A stretch of 63,647 nt of DNA, filler included, from Choristocarpus tenellus KU-1152 (Eukaryota; Protista; Phaeophyceae), in assembly GCA_964200185.2 (NCBI GenBank). It is 9 parts of 9 records of this genome, joined end to end, with 100 filler letters (N's around TTAATTAATTAA, not from the genome) between each part and the next. Parts side by side here need not be neighbours in the genome. Positions count along the whole stretch, not along the records: positions 50,142 to 53,448 come from CAXNAD020020904.1; positions 53,549 to 57,626 come from CAXNAD020016333.1; positions 57,727 to 60,911 come from CAXNAD020021695.1; positions 61,012 to 63,647 come from CAXNAD020026075.1; 5 more parts are not named here. One strand, given 5' to 3'. A program made the translations under genes and the position numbers. The notes below the pieces were generated by a model, which was given only the letters and a program-made list of their open reading frames with translations, ran no database searches and was not told the DNA's origin. Positions 50,573 through 62,840 of the stretch are shown piece after piece. Each line of letters begins with the position of its first letter. Position 1 is the stretch's first letter.

Positions 50573-52453
50573 GATCTGAGGGGGGGGCAGTAAAGAAGGG
50601 ACTTCCTGTCAGCAGACTCTCTGGAGGGCTTCAAGTACAGTACTCCCTTGGTGTCCCAGCAATGATACGTGGCAATCCATCCGGAAGGCTAATGGAAAAA
50701 GTGTGGGAGGACCATTAACAGAATGGGATGCTTCAGGTCTCATGTGTCTGCAAGAGACCTAACATTGAAAAAAGTGTTCAAAAGTGTACGGTATCTTTCA
50801 ATGCTGGTATTCTTCCATTTCAAGGGATTATATAGTTCAACACTCTCCGTAGGGCAACCTTATTGTTGCGATAGGCCACAGAATATAGATCAAGGATGGA
50901 GAAATACTGTACAGCTTGCCGATCCTTTTATCGTTATTGCCAATACCAATGGTGGAGACCAACGTGGCAGGTCCTTCGTTTGTTCCATATATTCTAAATG
51001 AGGATACCTAGGTATGAAACTTATGTCTGCTTCCCACTTCCCTTTCTTGGATATTGATGCCATTAATATGTGGGGTTAAGGCTTGCCACTGCTAAGCTGA
51101 GGATGGCCACTGCGACACGCCAAAAGAGAGCAGTTCACTCTCGGATGGCAAAGGGGGGACTCAGAGATGGTACAGTATCAAGATCTGGAACTGTAGGGAA
51201 GGAGTTTGGCACCTACCCAACTGGTCTTGTGCTGTGCAGGCACTTTCGGGAATCTGCTAGTGGGCGTGAGATACTTATGCTTGAATTGGAGAAGGTGAAG
51301 CAAGGATTCCCCCTTCCCTCCCCCCCAGTAAATTTCTCTACGTATCATACTGTGTGTACTCATATATAATATCAATACTGGTCACCCTAGTCCACCTTTT
51401 CTCAAACCCATGTATCCCACTCCTTATCCCCCCCTTCTCGAATCTCAGGCTGTAAATTGGAGTGATCTTATTTCCTCAGAGTTGACCGCATTACAGGGAC
51501 AAACACAACCACAAGAAGATGTAGCAGCAGATATTTTGCATGATTGCAAAGGTGATGAATTGTCGCCACGGTCTACAAGGCTACATGATACCTTCTTTCG
51601 CCTCTCTGCCGGTCGAGAGGTCTTGTCCTATGATGGCTTGTGCAAGTGGAATTACGTCACAGATGCATTGGAGAGGGGTCTCGTCTCACCATACCAGGTG
51701 GAGGGGGGTAGGGACATCTGGAGTCTACAGTGTATCTGTGCCTCAAAGCAAGTTGCATGGGATAAGACTTATTGGGGAAAGGTGTTCGCCCTATTTCCCA
51801 ATGCTTAGTAAGTAACGGTAAGTGTAATGCTCTGTGAAAATAGGTGTTCCTGGATAGAAAACATTAGTTACAGAGGGTGTGGTGGAAATCAAATTCTACT
51901 ATGACAAAGTTATCAATAAATTACGACATTGTTTGGTGGGGTTTATTCATATACTGTTTTTTCAGAGTGTTTCAACATGTTATGTTTTCAACATTACTGG
52001 ATAGGGGTCGAGGAGATCACTAGTGGGCTCAGTAGGTGGACTGACGACCATGTTGGAGTGAGCTGTGAGGAGATACTTCGTAGTAGATACAAAGAGGTGG
52101 GCTAGGTATTTCTTTTTCTGTATGTTTATCGAAACAAAGTACACCATCACATCACTTTGCTCAGGGTTACCCTTTCAAGGTCAAGCTTCTGGAAGTATAA
52201 CTTTATCGGTGATCCTACTTATGGGAAAAAGAGGAGAGGCAGGGTTGCCGGACTATGCTACATGCCATAAAGATATGGCAGTAAGCCCTTTCATAACGGC
52301 ACATTTCTAATACACTGCCACGTTCCTCTGACTCACCCAGTCCTACACCGATCTGATATCAAGGTCAAGTATTTTTTCAGACAAGCACACGGACAACGAC
52401 ACAGGGGGAAGATGACGTGGGAGGACATGCGACCTTTCTTTCAAAGTATGGAG
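50573..52453 (+). CDS. Internal exons of a hypothetical protein with a degenerate EF-hand-like pair
   Basis: Splice-bounded ORF pieces ~50573-50736, ~51081-51294, ~51449-51697 (LHDTFFRLSAGREVLSYDGLCKWNYVTDALERGLVSPYQ) and ~52364-52453 (VKYFFRQAHGQRHRGKMTWEDMRPFFQSME). Confidence 0.5.
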
Positions 52454-52518
52454 GTGATGATACCACCAGTACCCCCTGCCTCCACCTGCTCCCTCTCCGT
52501 CCAAATCACCAGTCTCCT

Positions 52519-52771
52519 GAGTGAAAGTATCTTAGAGGGTACGAGTTTTGCCCTGTTTGTTCATTTGAGAATTGGCTTCCCATGGATTTTTTCATCACAT
52601 TTTCCTACTCCAAAATGTTTAGGAGTAGGTAATATGTATACGTTATGAAAATGCCTGTCTAGAATATTGACACTTCCTAACAAATACAATAGCCAAAATT
52701 ACATCAAAATCGCAACATTGTATTTTGACCCCCAAATGGACGCGACTCTACCCTCTAAGATACTTTGACTC
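52519..52771 (-). mobile_element. Family-A MITE with TCCT TSD (probably intronic)
   Basis: TCCT|GAGTGAAAGTATCTTAGAGGGTA...TACCCTCTAAGATACTTTGACTC|TCCT. Confidence 0.93.
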
Positions 52772-53387
52772 TCCTCCATCTGCCTATTTTATCTTAGATC
52801 CTCAAGTATGGACAACATATCAACCTCGTTTTTTGGTGGCATGGGTAACCAACCTATTTCCCGCAGTCGCTCTAAGGAATATGATTTTTGAAATCCTTTA
52901 TGATACCATGAACTTTAGACTAAGTGTGTGTGGGTACTACACTGTGTTATATCAAACCATGCATTTCCAGTACTCATTTCAGAGGTCATAAAACTACACA
53001 CTTCCTATTCAAGATTGCAGATTTCCATCCTTCTCTCAATGTAGGAGGTCAGCAAATATCTAGCCCATCCGAATTGCTCTGCCTGAACCTCCTGTCTGTT
53101 TCTCAAACAATATGTTATTCACTTGGATCTGCACATAGCACACAACACTGCATTAGCTCTGTCGAATTGAAGGACAGAAGAAAATAACTATATTTCTATG
53201 TAAATCAAGTGAGCAGGTTTTGTTCAAGTAGAGTGGAGAATTCGTCTGGCAACAGAATTATAGGCAACTTTCAAGACTACAACAGAAAGCACCCTCGACC
53301 TCGCCTTTCCCCCCTCGACCTCGCCTTTCCCCCCTCCTCCTCTCTCCTTTTCTCTATTGTCTCTTCTATGAATCTACCCACAATTAC

Positions 53388-53448
53388 GACCCAACGCATC
53401 TGGGGGGGGGGGGGGTGGTTACACCAGGGGGTCCCTTTGGCCCATAAC
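53388..53448 (+). mobile_element. Family-C MITE left end at contig end
   Basis: GACCCAACGCATCTGGGG..TACACCAGGGGGTCCCTTTGG. Confidence 0.7.
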
Positions 53449-53548
53449 NNNNNNNNNNNNNNNNNNNNNNNNNNNNNNNNNNNNNNNNNNNNTTAATTAA
53501 TTAANNNNNNNNNNNNNNNNNNNNNNNNNNNNNNNNNNNNNNNNNNNN
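53449..53548. other. Artificial contig linker
   Basis: N44-TTAATTAATTAA-N44. Confidence 0.97.
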
Positions 53549-55118
53549 CTGTTTGATGGGCATGGCAGGTGACATCTCAATAGGCCACCAGGAGCCATCA
53601 ACCATCGCAGAAGCCCTCGCAGGGCCTGGAAACACTGGAAGAAGGCAATGGAACAAGAAATGGAGGGCCAACGAAACAAAGGAACCTTCCATGAGGGAGA
53701 GAGTCTGCCACAAGGGAGGAGACCCGTCAAAACCAGATTTATGTTCAAAATAAAAAGGACTGCACATGGAGATATCGAAAGACACAAGGCCAGGCTGGTG
53801 GCACGGGGCTTTTCCCAAAAAGAAGGGGTGGACTACTTCCGCATGTTTAGTCTAGTGGTGGGATTTGACGTGATTTGAGCAGTCCTGGCTACAGCAGCTA
53901 ACAGAGACTGGATCTTCAACTTCCTAGACTTCACTCAAGCCTATCTGAACGCACCACTTCCTGAAGATGTATGACTACTATTGCCCAATGGATCCATCGT
54001 AAAAGCTGCCAGGGCCATCTATGGCCTTAAGCGATCAGCAATGGAATGGTACAAGGAGCTAAAGAGAACAATTTTAGCTGAGGGGTGGAGTGCTAGTGAC
54101 TTTGACACCTGGTTATATATAAAAAGGAGTGAAGATGGAAGGATTGCTACACTTCACTACGTGGATGACATCTCATTGACTAGAAACTACCACGAAGAAA
54201 TAAAAAGGAAGGAAGAGCAATCTGCTTACCAGGTACGAAGGACGGGACCTCGGGACCCCAGACAAGTTAGTTGGGGTGGGAATCACCAGGGATGAGGCTG
54301 GCATCACACTAGACCAGCATTTCTATGCAGAGAGCATTGTTCGAGAAGGAATGGGATCCGCAGAAGTAAGGGGTACCTCATCACCTGTAAACCCAGGAAT
54401 GGACCTGACAGCAAGAAGAACTGACGAGGAGGAGCTGGACCAGAGGTACAAACCTTATCGCACCATCCTGGGGAAACTTATGTTCCTAGCCGGGATGACA
54501 CAACCAGACCTATCCAACAGTGTGCGGGAACTTGAAAGATATGCAGCATCCCCATGCGATCGACACTTGAAAGGATTACAACATGTTCTGCGATACCTGG
54601 CGGGCACCACAAAAGTAGGGATACACTATCCTGCTGGTGGTGAAATGGACAATGGGGGCCTGGTTGGGTATGGAGACTCAGACTGGGGCAATGACACTGC
54701 ATCAAGGCGGAGTGTGACAGGGTATCTCATACTCGTCAATGGAGCACCAGTTGCATGGAAATCCAAGATGCAGGGAGCTGTAACCACATCCCCATCAGAG
54801 GCGTAATGGACAGTGATGGTGCATGGAATGAGGCATGCAATATTCCTCAGAGGCATCCTGGGGGAGCTGGGAATACTCAAAGGGGTCACGGTTTGGTATG
54901 GAGACAACCGAGGAGCGATCCAAGCAGCAGTAACTGAAGGCTTCAACGGATGAACAAGGGATGTCGACATCAAGCTGAAATGCACCAGGGAGTATATCAA
55001 TAAAGGATTTATTAGAGTGAAGTATATACCCACAACACTACAACTAGCAGACTTCTTGACCAAAAGATTGCGCAAGAAGCAGGCAGAAGACTTTGTAGAC
55101 ACTGTGCTGACTAGATGA
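53549..55118 (+). mobile_element. Ty1/copia RT-RNase H region, pseudogenised
   Basis: RHKARLVARGFSQKEGVDY, LDFTQAYLNAPL, AIYGLKRSAMEWY, HYVDDI, PYRTILGKLMFLAGMTQPDL, GYGDSDWGND..RRSVTGY, WKSKMQ, QLADFLTK; stops and frameshifts. Confidence 0.95.
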
Positions 55119-55180
55119 ATGTAATGTGTTAAGATTCAACCAATCTGACGTCTTTTAATTTCATTTTTCATGGGGAAGTG

Positions 55181-55438
55181 GAGCCAAAGTATCTTAGAGG
55201 GTAGAGCCGCGTCCATTTGGAGACCAAAATCCAATGATGTGATTTCGATGTAATTTTGGCTATCGTATTTTTTAGGAAGAGCCAATATCCTTGATCCGGA
55301 CACACCTTTTCATGATGTTTACATTTTACCTACTCTGAAACATTTTGGCGTACGAAAATTTCATAATAGCCCCGAGGGAAGCCAAGCCCCAAATGGACAA
55401 ACAGGGCAAAACTCGTACCCTCTAAAATACTTTCACTC
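55181..55438 (+). mobile_element. Family-A MITE with AGTG TSD inserted at the copia PPT/LTR junction
   Basis: AGTG|GAGCCAAAGTATCTTAGAGGGTA...TACCCTCTAAAATACTTTCACTC|AGTG. Confidence 0.93.
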
Positions 55439-55699
55439 AGTGTGCAGAATGGGAGTGTGCGCAATAAGATGTTTTAGGTTTGAGAGTTCCAGCAACTCTT
55501 CATTGCCTGCACTCTCATGGGGGAGTGTGCAAAATAGGACAATAGTGAGGTGTACCTTACTATTATCCTAGTTAGCACATCTTCAACACGCTTAAGCAAC
55601 TAATCCACACTCTAGCTAAGGGAGGCGCAGCCGGACTGGTTCAGTTCGATGTTATTACTCACTCGTGGCTTCTGATGGGTTTCACACCAAACTCCTTCA

Positions 55700-56920
55700 G
55701 CTCACGGATGACAACTATGTTGATTGGTTTGCCACGACCCATGCATTTTTGGGCACAAAGCATGATATCTATGTGGCGCTAGAGGTCAGGGAGTAATCCA
55801 CCAGAGAGGGTGACATAGATTCTACCAAGGGGGAAGATGTGAATGAAGAAGAGGTCACCAAGGTCAAAAAGGCATATGACCTCCTGCTGAGAAGTACCAG
55901 CAGGTTTTAAAGGTGTGTTGTCCGCAATGCAGCTTCACCTTCAGGAGCTTGGCAACAGCTACGAGAACATTTACTAATCCACTCAGATGAGGAAATAGCA
56001 AGACTCCAAAGGAAGGCGATAACAGTCAAGATACCACGAGGGTTGGACCCCCAGATCACTTTTTCGATGGATGTTGAACTGGGTTGGCCAGATGGTGATG
56101 ATGAGGCATGCGATGTCCGAGCAGGTGCTGCAAATCGCAATGTTTGATTGTTTGGATGACAACTTATCAGATTACCAAACACTATCTCTAACATCATCAC
56201 AAGAGTGAGCGATCGAGAGCAAAGATGCAGCAAACTGCTTGTTCGTGCTACTTCTCTCTTCAACGGGAGGTAGTGGATCATGGAGAGCCTGGGAGCGCTC
56301 TAGTCGCATGAAAATAAAAAAAGGCTGGCCGAGGTGGCAGCCAGGGTACGACTGGTCATTGTACGGACCCTGAAACGACAGGATCCCGTACCAGGGGGCT
56401 AACCAAGGCCCGAGAGACGCGTAAAAAGTGTGGATTGGTTAAGCTTTTTGGTCCTGTACGTTTGGAGGCCCGTGTTACAGCTGCGGGAAAATTGGCCACC
56501 TGCGAGCTGTGTGCCCTCAGAGAAGGGAAAAACCGTAAAAGTTGACGGGAATACAAGGTGAATCAGATGAACCAGCTAGGGAGTCAAGGAAGTTCAAGAC
56601 CACGTTAGCCGCTGTGGCTGACAATGGCAAGGTGAGATCGAATGCGTTCGAAACATGGTGTTTTGATTCGGGGGCTTCCAATAGTGTAACGAAAGATTCG
56701 ACACACATGTATGACTTCACCGCATGTCCACAAGGCCACAACATGACCGTGGCTGACGGCACATCACTACCCCTTGTGGGATATTTCAAAAGTGATTTGA
56801 ATTTCAATGTTGGTGGCGATGAGTGGGTGCATATTACTTTGGCGTCTGTTCCACTTGTCCCGAAAAATAACGTTCATTCTTCTCTCTCCATACTCCGTTT
56901 GAAGGATAAGGACATGATAG
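55700..56920 (+). mobile_element. Ty1/copia gag-protease region, pseudogenised
   Basis: KKAYDLLLRS..SPSGAWQQLREH (gag), CYSCGKIGHLRAVC (CX2CX4HX4C knuckle, ~56473-56514), WCFDSGASNSVT..MTVADG (aspartic protease). Confidence 0.88.
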
Positions 56921-57626
56921 TTTCGGTGTTTTATTTGTTGTTATCAGCGTATTTCTCTTCATATCTCCCGAGAACTAGAGGGCACATCGTATCCACTCTC
57001 AGTCCAAGAGGTAGGGGGTGTTGAGAATGGCATCCCCTGGACTGATTAAGAGGACAAGGGGAATATGAGATAGATGTTAATGTTATGGATGTGTGTGTGT
57101 TGTGTGGGTTTGAGGTTGTGTGTGGTAGGTATTATGTTCAAGTGTTGGGGGAAGAGTGGTTTGTTGCTCCAATTTCGACATGAGGGTGGAAGGCATGACG
57201 TGGACAGCCTTACGGGGGCTGAAGGAAGCTATTGTTGGATGTGACATTGTCTAGGTCTGGTGTGGATGTTAGTGCATCTAAATGAAACAGGAAGGGGGGT
57301 GCGCGAAGGATAGGGGTGTGGGGCGTGCGCATCCGTTGTGTGATGAATGGTGATATGGCCACATGAAACACTCGCATTTTTTATATTGAACGAATCGAGA
57401 AGGTGCAACATTTTGTGACAGTAGTGTGGAGAGTGAAATATTGAAGACCTTGCGAATGTCTTGGTACAAGTGTTACAGGCGAATAGCACGAGCATTTCTT
57501 CTTGTATTTCAACGAAGTGCAAGCATTTGTTACACGCGAATAGTGCGAGCATTGTATCCTCATGTTTAGGAAATACGAAGATTTGTAACAGAAGTAAAGT
57601 GTAAGGATTGTTTTTAGAGTTCTGAT

Positions 57627-57726
57627 NNNNNNNNNNNNNNNNNNNNNNNNNNNNNNNNNNNNNNNNNNNNTTAATTAATTAANNNNNNNNNNNNNNNNNN
57701 NNNNNNNNNNNNNNNNNNNNNNNNNN
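57627..57726. other. Artificial contig linker
   Basis: N44-TTAATTAATTAA-N44. Confidence 0.97.
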
Positions 57727-60700
57727 CTTTCTTGCTCTTCTGCTGTGCCCCTTCCCCTAGCTTCCGCTTCCGCCTTGGGGCTGGGGTCGTCATGCTCGAC
57801 GTATCTCCCCCAACACCTACCTCAACTGCTGATACTGGAGGGGCTGGGGCCCCAAGTGCTGCCCATGAGGAGGCACCTGCCCCCCCCCCTCCCCCTCCTG
57901 CTGCCCCCACTGAACCCCCAGTCCCTAGGGCTCCTGTCGTTGCTGATGGCAACACCAGATGGCCCCTGCCCTTGTTTGAGGCTGTGCTGGCTGAGGGGGA
58001 ATCAGAGTCTGAGCCTGAAACGCTCTCTCCACTGGAGGTGTCAGTGTCTGTGTCAGGAGACGCCTTCCCTCAGACAACAACAGAAAGCAACCACCATTAC
58101 AGCAATGTTTAGGATGATAATAAAAATGTTTTGAAACAGATCCTAACAGAAACTTCTTCAAAAACATGCTGTGACCTTACAGAAAAAAAAATGACAAACA
58201 AAACGTGAACAATGACATAGGGTAGGGCCATCGCTGATATCATAAATATCACAGTGGAGGTTTAGGTTTAAAACTCTGTGGTTTGGAGCTGATCATTGTA
58301 GCAAGAGACAGAAAACATACCTCCAATTCAGGGGAGGTGACGAACCCCAGACTCCTTCCCCTTTCCCCATCTGTAAGTGGCTCCACCATGTCCTCATGCA
58401 GAGCTTCTAGTGCAGCCAAGGCCTCGGTTGCTTCCGCAATAGCCATATCCCATCGTTTATGTCGTGGTGGCTGTAGGAGGGGGGGGGGAGAGTAGGTAAG
58501 GATAGAGTTATGCTTTGGTGACAAGAGAGGTACGGAACAAATTTAACCTAAGAGGAAATTCAGGACAAGGGAGAGACCTAGGGTTAAGGATGGGTCAAGA
58601 TCCTTACATTAAGGTCGTTAAAGACCACTGCCTCTGCCACACGGAAGGGTCGGACTCTTGAATGTATACTCCAAGTACAGGACAGCGATTATATACTTGG
58701 CTCCTCATGGTCAAACAATGTTCAGAGCAATAAAGCAGGAGGACCAATAAAAGCATCCCCTGGTCCCAACAGCAATCCTCATCCTGGGGTAGGGCTGACT
58801 TCATATGTCAACCAGACAGACATTTGATAACCTTGAAAAAATGCAACCTCCAGGAGACATGCAATCCACCAGCCAAGGAAGTTTTGATGGCACCCACCAG
58901 TGAAGCACCCAATAAAAAATAATAAAAAATAATAAATATAAATTAAAAAAAGTTGTCAAACTCAAATCTATCATCATACATCATCAAGAGAGCCATCACA
59001 ACCTACATAAAACCAAGAACAAGGCACAAGGCATACATAAAATGGATTTTACTCCAACAGTGAACCCCTATCCCCTTCCGCCCTCCACCAAACAGTGCTG
59101 TTCTAACCATGCATCATTCCTGAGAACAGTGTCAAGTGAGTGTCAACCCTACAGATAGTGTGGCAGACCATAATAATGGTACTGATGGAAAACACAAGGC
59201 TCATAACTCCCTTTTCCTTCTGCCTACTAATCAACCCCAACTCAGATAGGTCCCAAATCAAACCTCGGAACAAAATCTTCATCCCCACCCTTGAAAGGTA
59301 ACCTCTTCCCAGGAACATTTAACTCACAAAAGGCATGGCAAACCACAATCACTATAGAGAAGTAAAGGTGGGGGGGGAGTTAAAACGAGATAGCAGCAAA
59401 GTCCCAATAGTCACCCAACAATTCAAAACCTGACTATACAACCAATATACTCAAGATCCTCAAGAGCACATAAACAAGAATGTGAAAACCTCACAAAACA
59501 CTCATACGGATCAGCTCCACAATGGAAGGAAGCAGCAATCCTATTGTCAAGACCAGGCACAACAAACCCAAACTTCGAGCCTAGATCACACATTAATTAG
59601 GACATCATGCGGCTAGGTTACCATTTGCAAATCAATACCCACCCTCTCGAATACACTCAACACTACAGAGTTGGTTTCAGTACGGCCAACCAGAGTGCTG
59701 CATGGTGTAAGGAGAATGACAGCAAGATAGAGTTGCTCACCTTAGGGTTTGGAGAAGTGGTTGTAGTGGTGAGGGGAACCACAGCATCCTGCCGCATCAA
59801 TGCAAAGTTGTGCGCCCCAAAAAATTCAACAACAATACCCTCCTTATCCTTCCCACGTGCCTTCATAATGCAGCAGGCGGTGGCAAGTGACAATACAAAA
59901 AAATTAAAAGTGACCACACGTTAGGTATGGTGAAATTTTATGAGGATAATCAAATCAGATAGCAATGGACACACACACACACACACCAGCAGCTTTTGTA
60001 TCACAACGGCTTTAGAAAAAAAAAAGGAAAAAAAAAGAGCACAGATGCTACGGATTGTGACTACTGCAAATAAAATGCTACCAACAGTGTGGAAGATATG
60101 CCTGCAATACAGGGGGTAACTGCAGTACTCATCTTGCCGCATACCTTACGGGTAGGTAGATGTTAGTAAGACTAACACTAAGATTAAATGTTGAAAAAAA
60201 AAAGGTTTTCCTCGGCGGAACCAAGCACCGTAAACCTCAAGTAGGTGCCATGTGTAGGTTTTAGGATACTGGACTATCTCAAATGACCCTAGGCTCAGCC
60301 AAGATAAATCAATCATCCAAACACATCAACAAACATTTCCCACTTACCTACACACCTAACCCTAACCCCACATCCAATAAATAATTAAAAAAGAAAAAAA
60401 CTACACACCCCCTTATACAACACTACATCACCTGCTTGTCTAACTCCTCGCGAAACCTTGGAGGCACCCTCCCCGAATTGATATCAGCCAGCACTGGATT
60501 GGTCCCCCTGCCCCAGAGCCGCATTGCAGGCCAGTACTGATTCTTGGCTTTCTTAGCCCAGACAAGACCATCGGGTCGTCCCCACACTGACGAGTACTCA
60601 CACCCTCGAGTTGATCGTGAAGCTACCACCACCGTACAAACCTCTGACAAGACATTATCAAGCGCACACCATGCAGCCCTTACTCTGTCTGTGAACCCCA

Positions 60701-60911
60701 TGGCCGACTCTAGCCAGTCACCTTGTCTTGGTCCAAACATCCACTCGACACATGCCTCCCTATCTTCCCCATCCCCTCCCAGTGCCTCCCCTCCTGGTAA
60801 TGAGGATGACGAACGAGTGCAATCGTAGTAGGAGCAAAAGGTTGACCCCTTGGCAATCTCTGCCGGTCCTGCCCCCTCTACCTCGTATCCATCTCCTGCC
60901 TGGGGAGGGGG
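57727..60911 (-). CDS. Internal exons of a PWWP-domain chromatin protein
   Basis: Exon ~60911-60432 has GLVWAKKAKNQYWPA; exon 59860-59741 has IVVEFFGAHNFALM; ~58470-58350 has WDMAIAEATEAL (PWWP terminal helix); ~58062-57727 is Ser/Gly-rich with the NLS-like PRRKRKL. Confidence 0.72.
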
Positions 60912-61011
60912 NNNNNNNNNNNNNNNNNNNNNNNNNNNNNNNNNNNNNNNNNNNNTTAATTAATTAANNNNNNNNNNNNNNNNNNNNNNNNNNNNNNNNN
61001 NNNNNNNNNNN
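60912..61011. other. Artificial contig linker
   Basis: N44-TTAATTAATTAA-N44. Confidence 0.97.
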
Positions 61012-61229
61012 CCATCCTCCATAGTATGCTCCATCCTCAATTTTGGTGATCGGCTGTTATATGCATGTTAAAATGAGATATATGCAATAATTACTTGTAT
61101 GATTAACACTAAATGCATAGCGACTATACACAGTTTGGTGTATTTGCCTCACAATGCCAACCATCACTCAACGACATGCGCGCGTTTCTTGTGCGTCACT
61201 TCGTACAAGAACACTTCAATTCGATTCTA

Positions 61230-62840
61230 CAATCGATGTACGTATATAAGAGAGGGTAGGGACAAGCGAAAAAAACCTCTCTTATATCCCGATCCTCTCT
61301 TCTTCATATAAAAGCGCTTTTCTCTTAAACAGAGGGATCGTGATAAGAGAAACATATTATATATAGAACAGAAGTGGTTGTAGTCACTTTATGCTTGTCG
61401 TCGAACGACGACAGAGCGACGCCCTTGTTGTATGTGCTTCCCATGTGCCTTCAAAAGTAGTTACATGTAGGTATGTATTGAACATTGCCCTCGGTTAGCC
61501 CATTTCGATGGAGCTGTGGTGATGCAGCAAGCGCCACATCTACACCACCCCTCCACAGTATATCATTGTCATATGTATAGAGTACTGCAACTTGGGTATA
61601 ATTACACTCATTACGATGTTTTCACTCATTTGTATAGTACACTTTCCCAAGAAGAGCATCCGCAAGCCGTTGGATGGCTGGACAGATGATTCGTGGTTCA
61701 AATCAAATCAACGTTCAAAGTCAATCTCCGTCCGATGTCCTGCACTACGTATTCAACTGCACTCTACAAGGATATTATGTAGTACAATATCAAAAACACC
61801 ACAGTGTAGTTGCACCGCCATGCACTTCCCATCGAATGCACTGAGTAAAACAACTTATTAGCTGATAAAAAAATCGCGACTGCCCAAAAAATCTCGAATG
61901 TCTGCTTGTTTGATTGTCCTTGCTCCGATTGTGCTGAGCCAAGCCAGCTTTGCTTTCCGGAGATGTACGAAACATCGTTCATGCTGCACTCTTCGGGGGT
62001 TGTTTCTAAGCTTGCAAACTCGTCAGCTACTTGAGAGTACGACGGTGGAGGAATCGAGAACACCACAGAGGCTGCTGCTCCTTTCCTCACGGGCCCCGAT
62101 GCGCTGGCCCCTCCCATAAACCCATCTTCATCCTCGGCACCCGAGCTTTCATTGTCTGACTGGTACAAGGATTACTCGAGCAGCTGGTCTTTTATATCCT
62201 CTAGTATCGCATTGGCCACTTCATGGTTGTCTTTCACATCGATCCACGCTCTTGCTGCGTTGATAGAAGCCTGAGCAAGCTTTCCGCCAGGTTTGAAGTG
62301 TAGAGCGTCAAGAGAAATAGAAAGATCGTCATTAATATACAGGGACACCTTGTGGGACGTACCTCTACTAGCAAAATGACCACTGGTGATACTACAATAC
62401 ACAGTATAGACATTATAGTACGACAGAAACGCGCGCAAAATTTCAAAAAATTCAATCATGATCCTCATCAGCAGACAGTGCAGAAAGACAGTACAATCAC
62501 GATCACAATCAACCTACTTTCAGACTTTCGCCGATGCACCTCGACATGTTTGGCACCCCTCGTAGACTTGGCATCAGATTTCAGCGTCTGCGCTTTCTCC
62601 ATGATGGTTGTTGCAGCTTTGTGCCTCCATTATATTTTGGTGAACTTTAGACATGGCTTTTGTGAAACCCCTCAGTCAAGTAGTGAAAAAATATGGGAGT
62701 TTGCTCGATGTAAGAGAATTGACAGGAAAACGGCGAAGCCTCTCTTCTATAGTGTGCAAAGTGGTGATAAGGAAATTATCCCTCTCTTATATCCCGCTTT
62801 ATCTTATATCGACCTCTCTTATATAGGATTTTTCGACATG
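61230..62840 (-). mobile_element. Internally deleted pogo/Tigger-like (Tc1/mariner) DNA transposon
   Basis: Degenerate TIRs TA|CAATCGA..TATATAAGAGAGG and CCTCTCTTATATA..TCGACATG with repeated CCTCTCTTATAT subterminal motifs. Remnant peptides WRHKAATTIMEKAQTLKSDAKSTRGAKHVEV (CENP-B HTH-like), an acidic region and C-terminal KQADIRDFL. Confidence 0.7.

Noticed and set aside
52519-52771. MITEs acting as introners (creating introns)
   Set aside because: Genic copies seen here sit inside larger introns; none coincides with exon boundaries.
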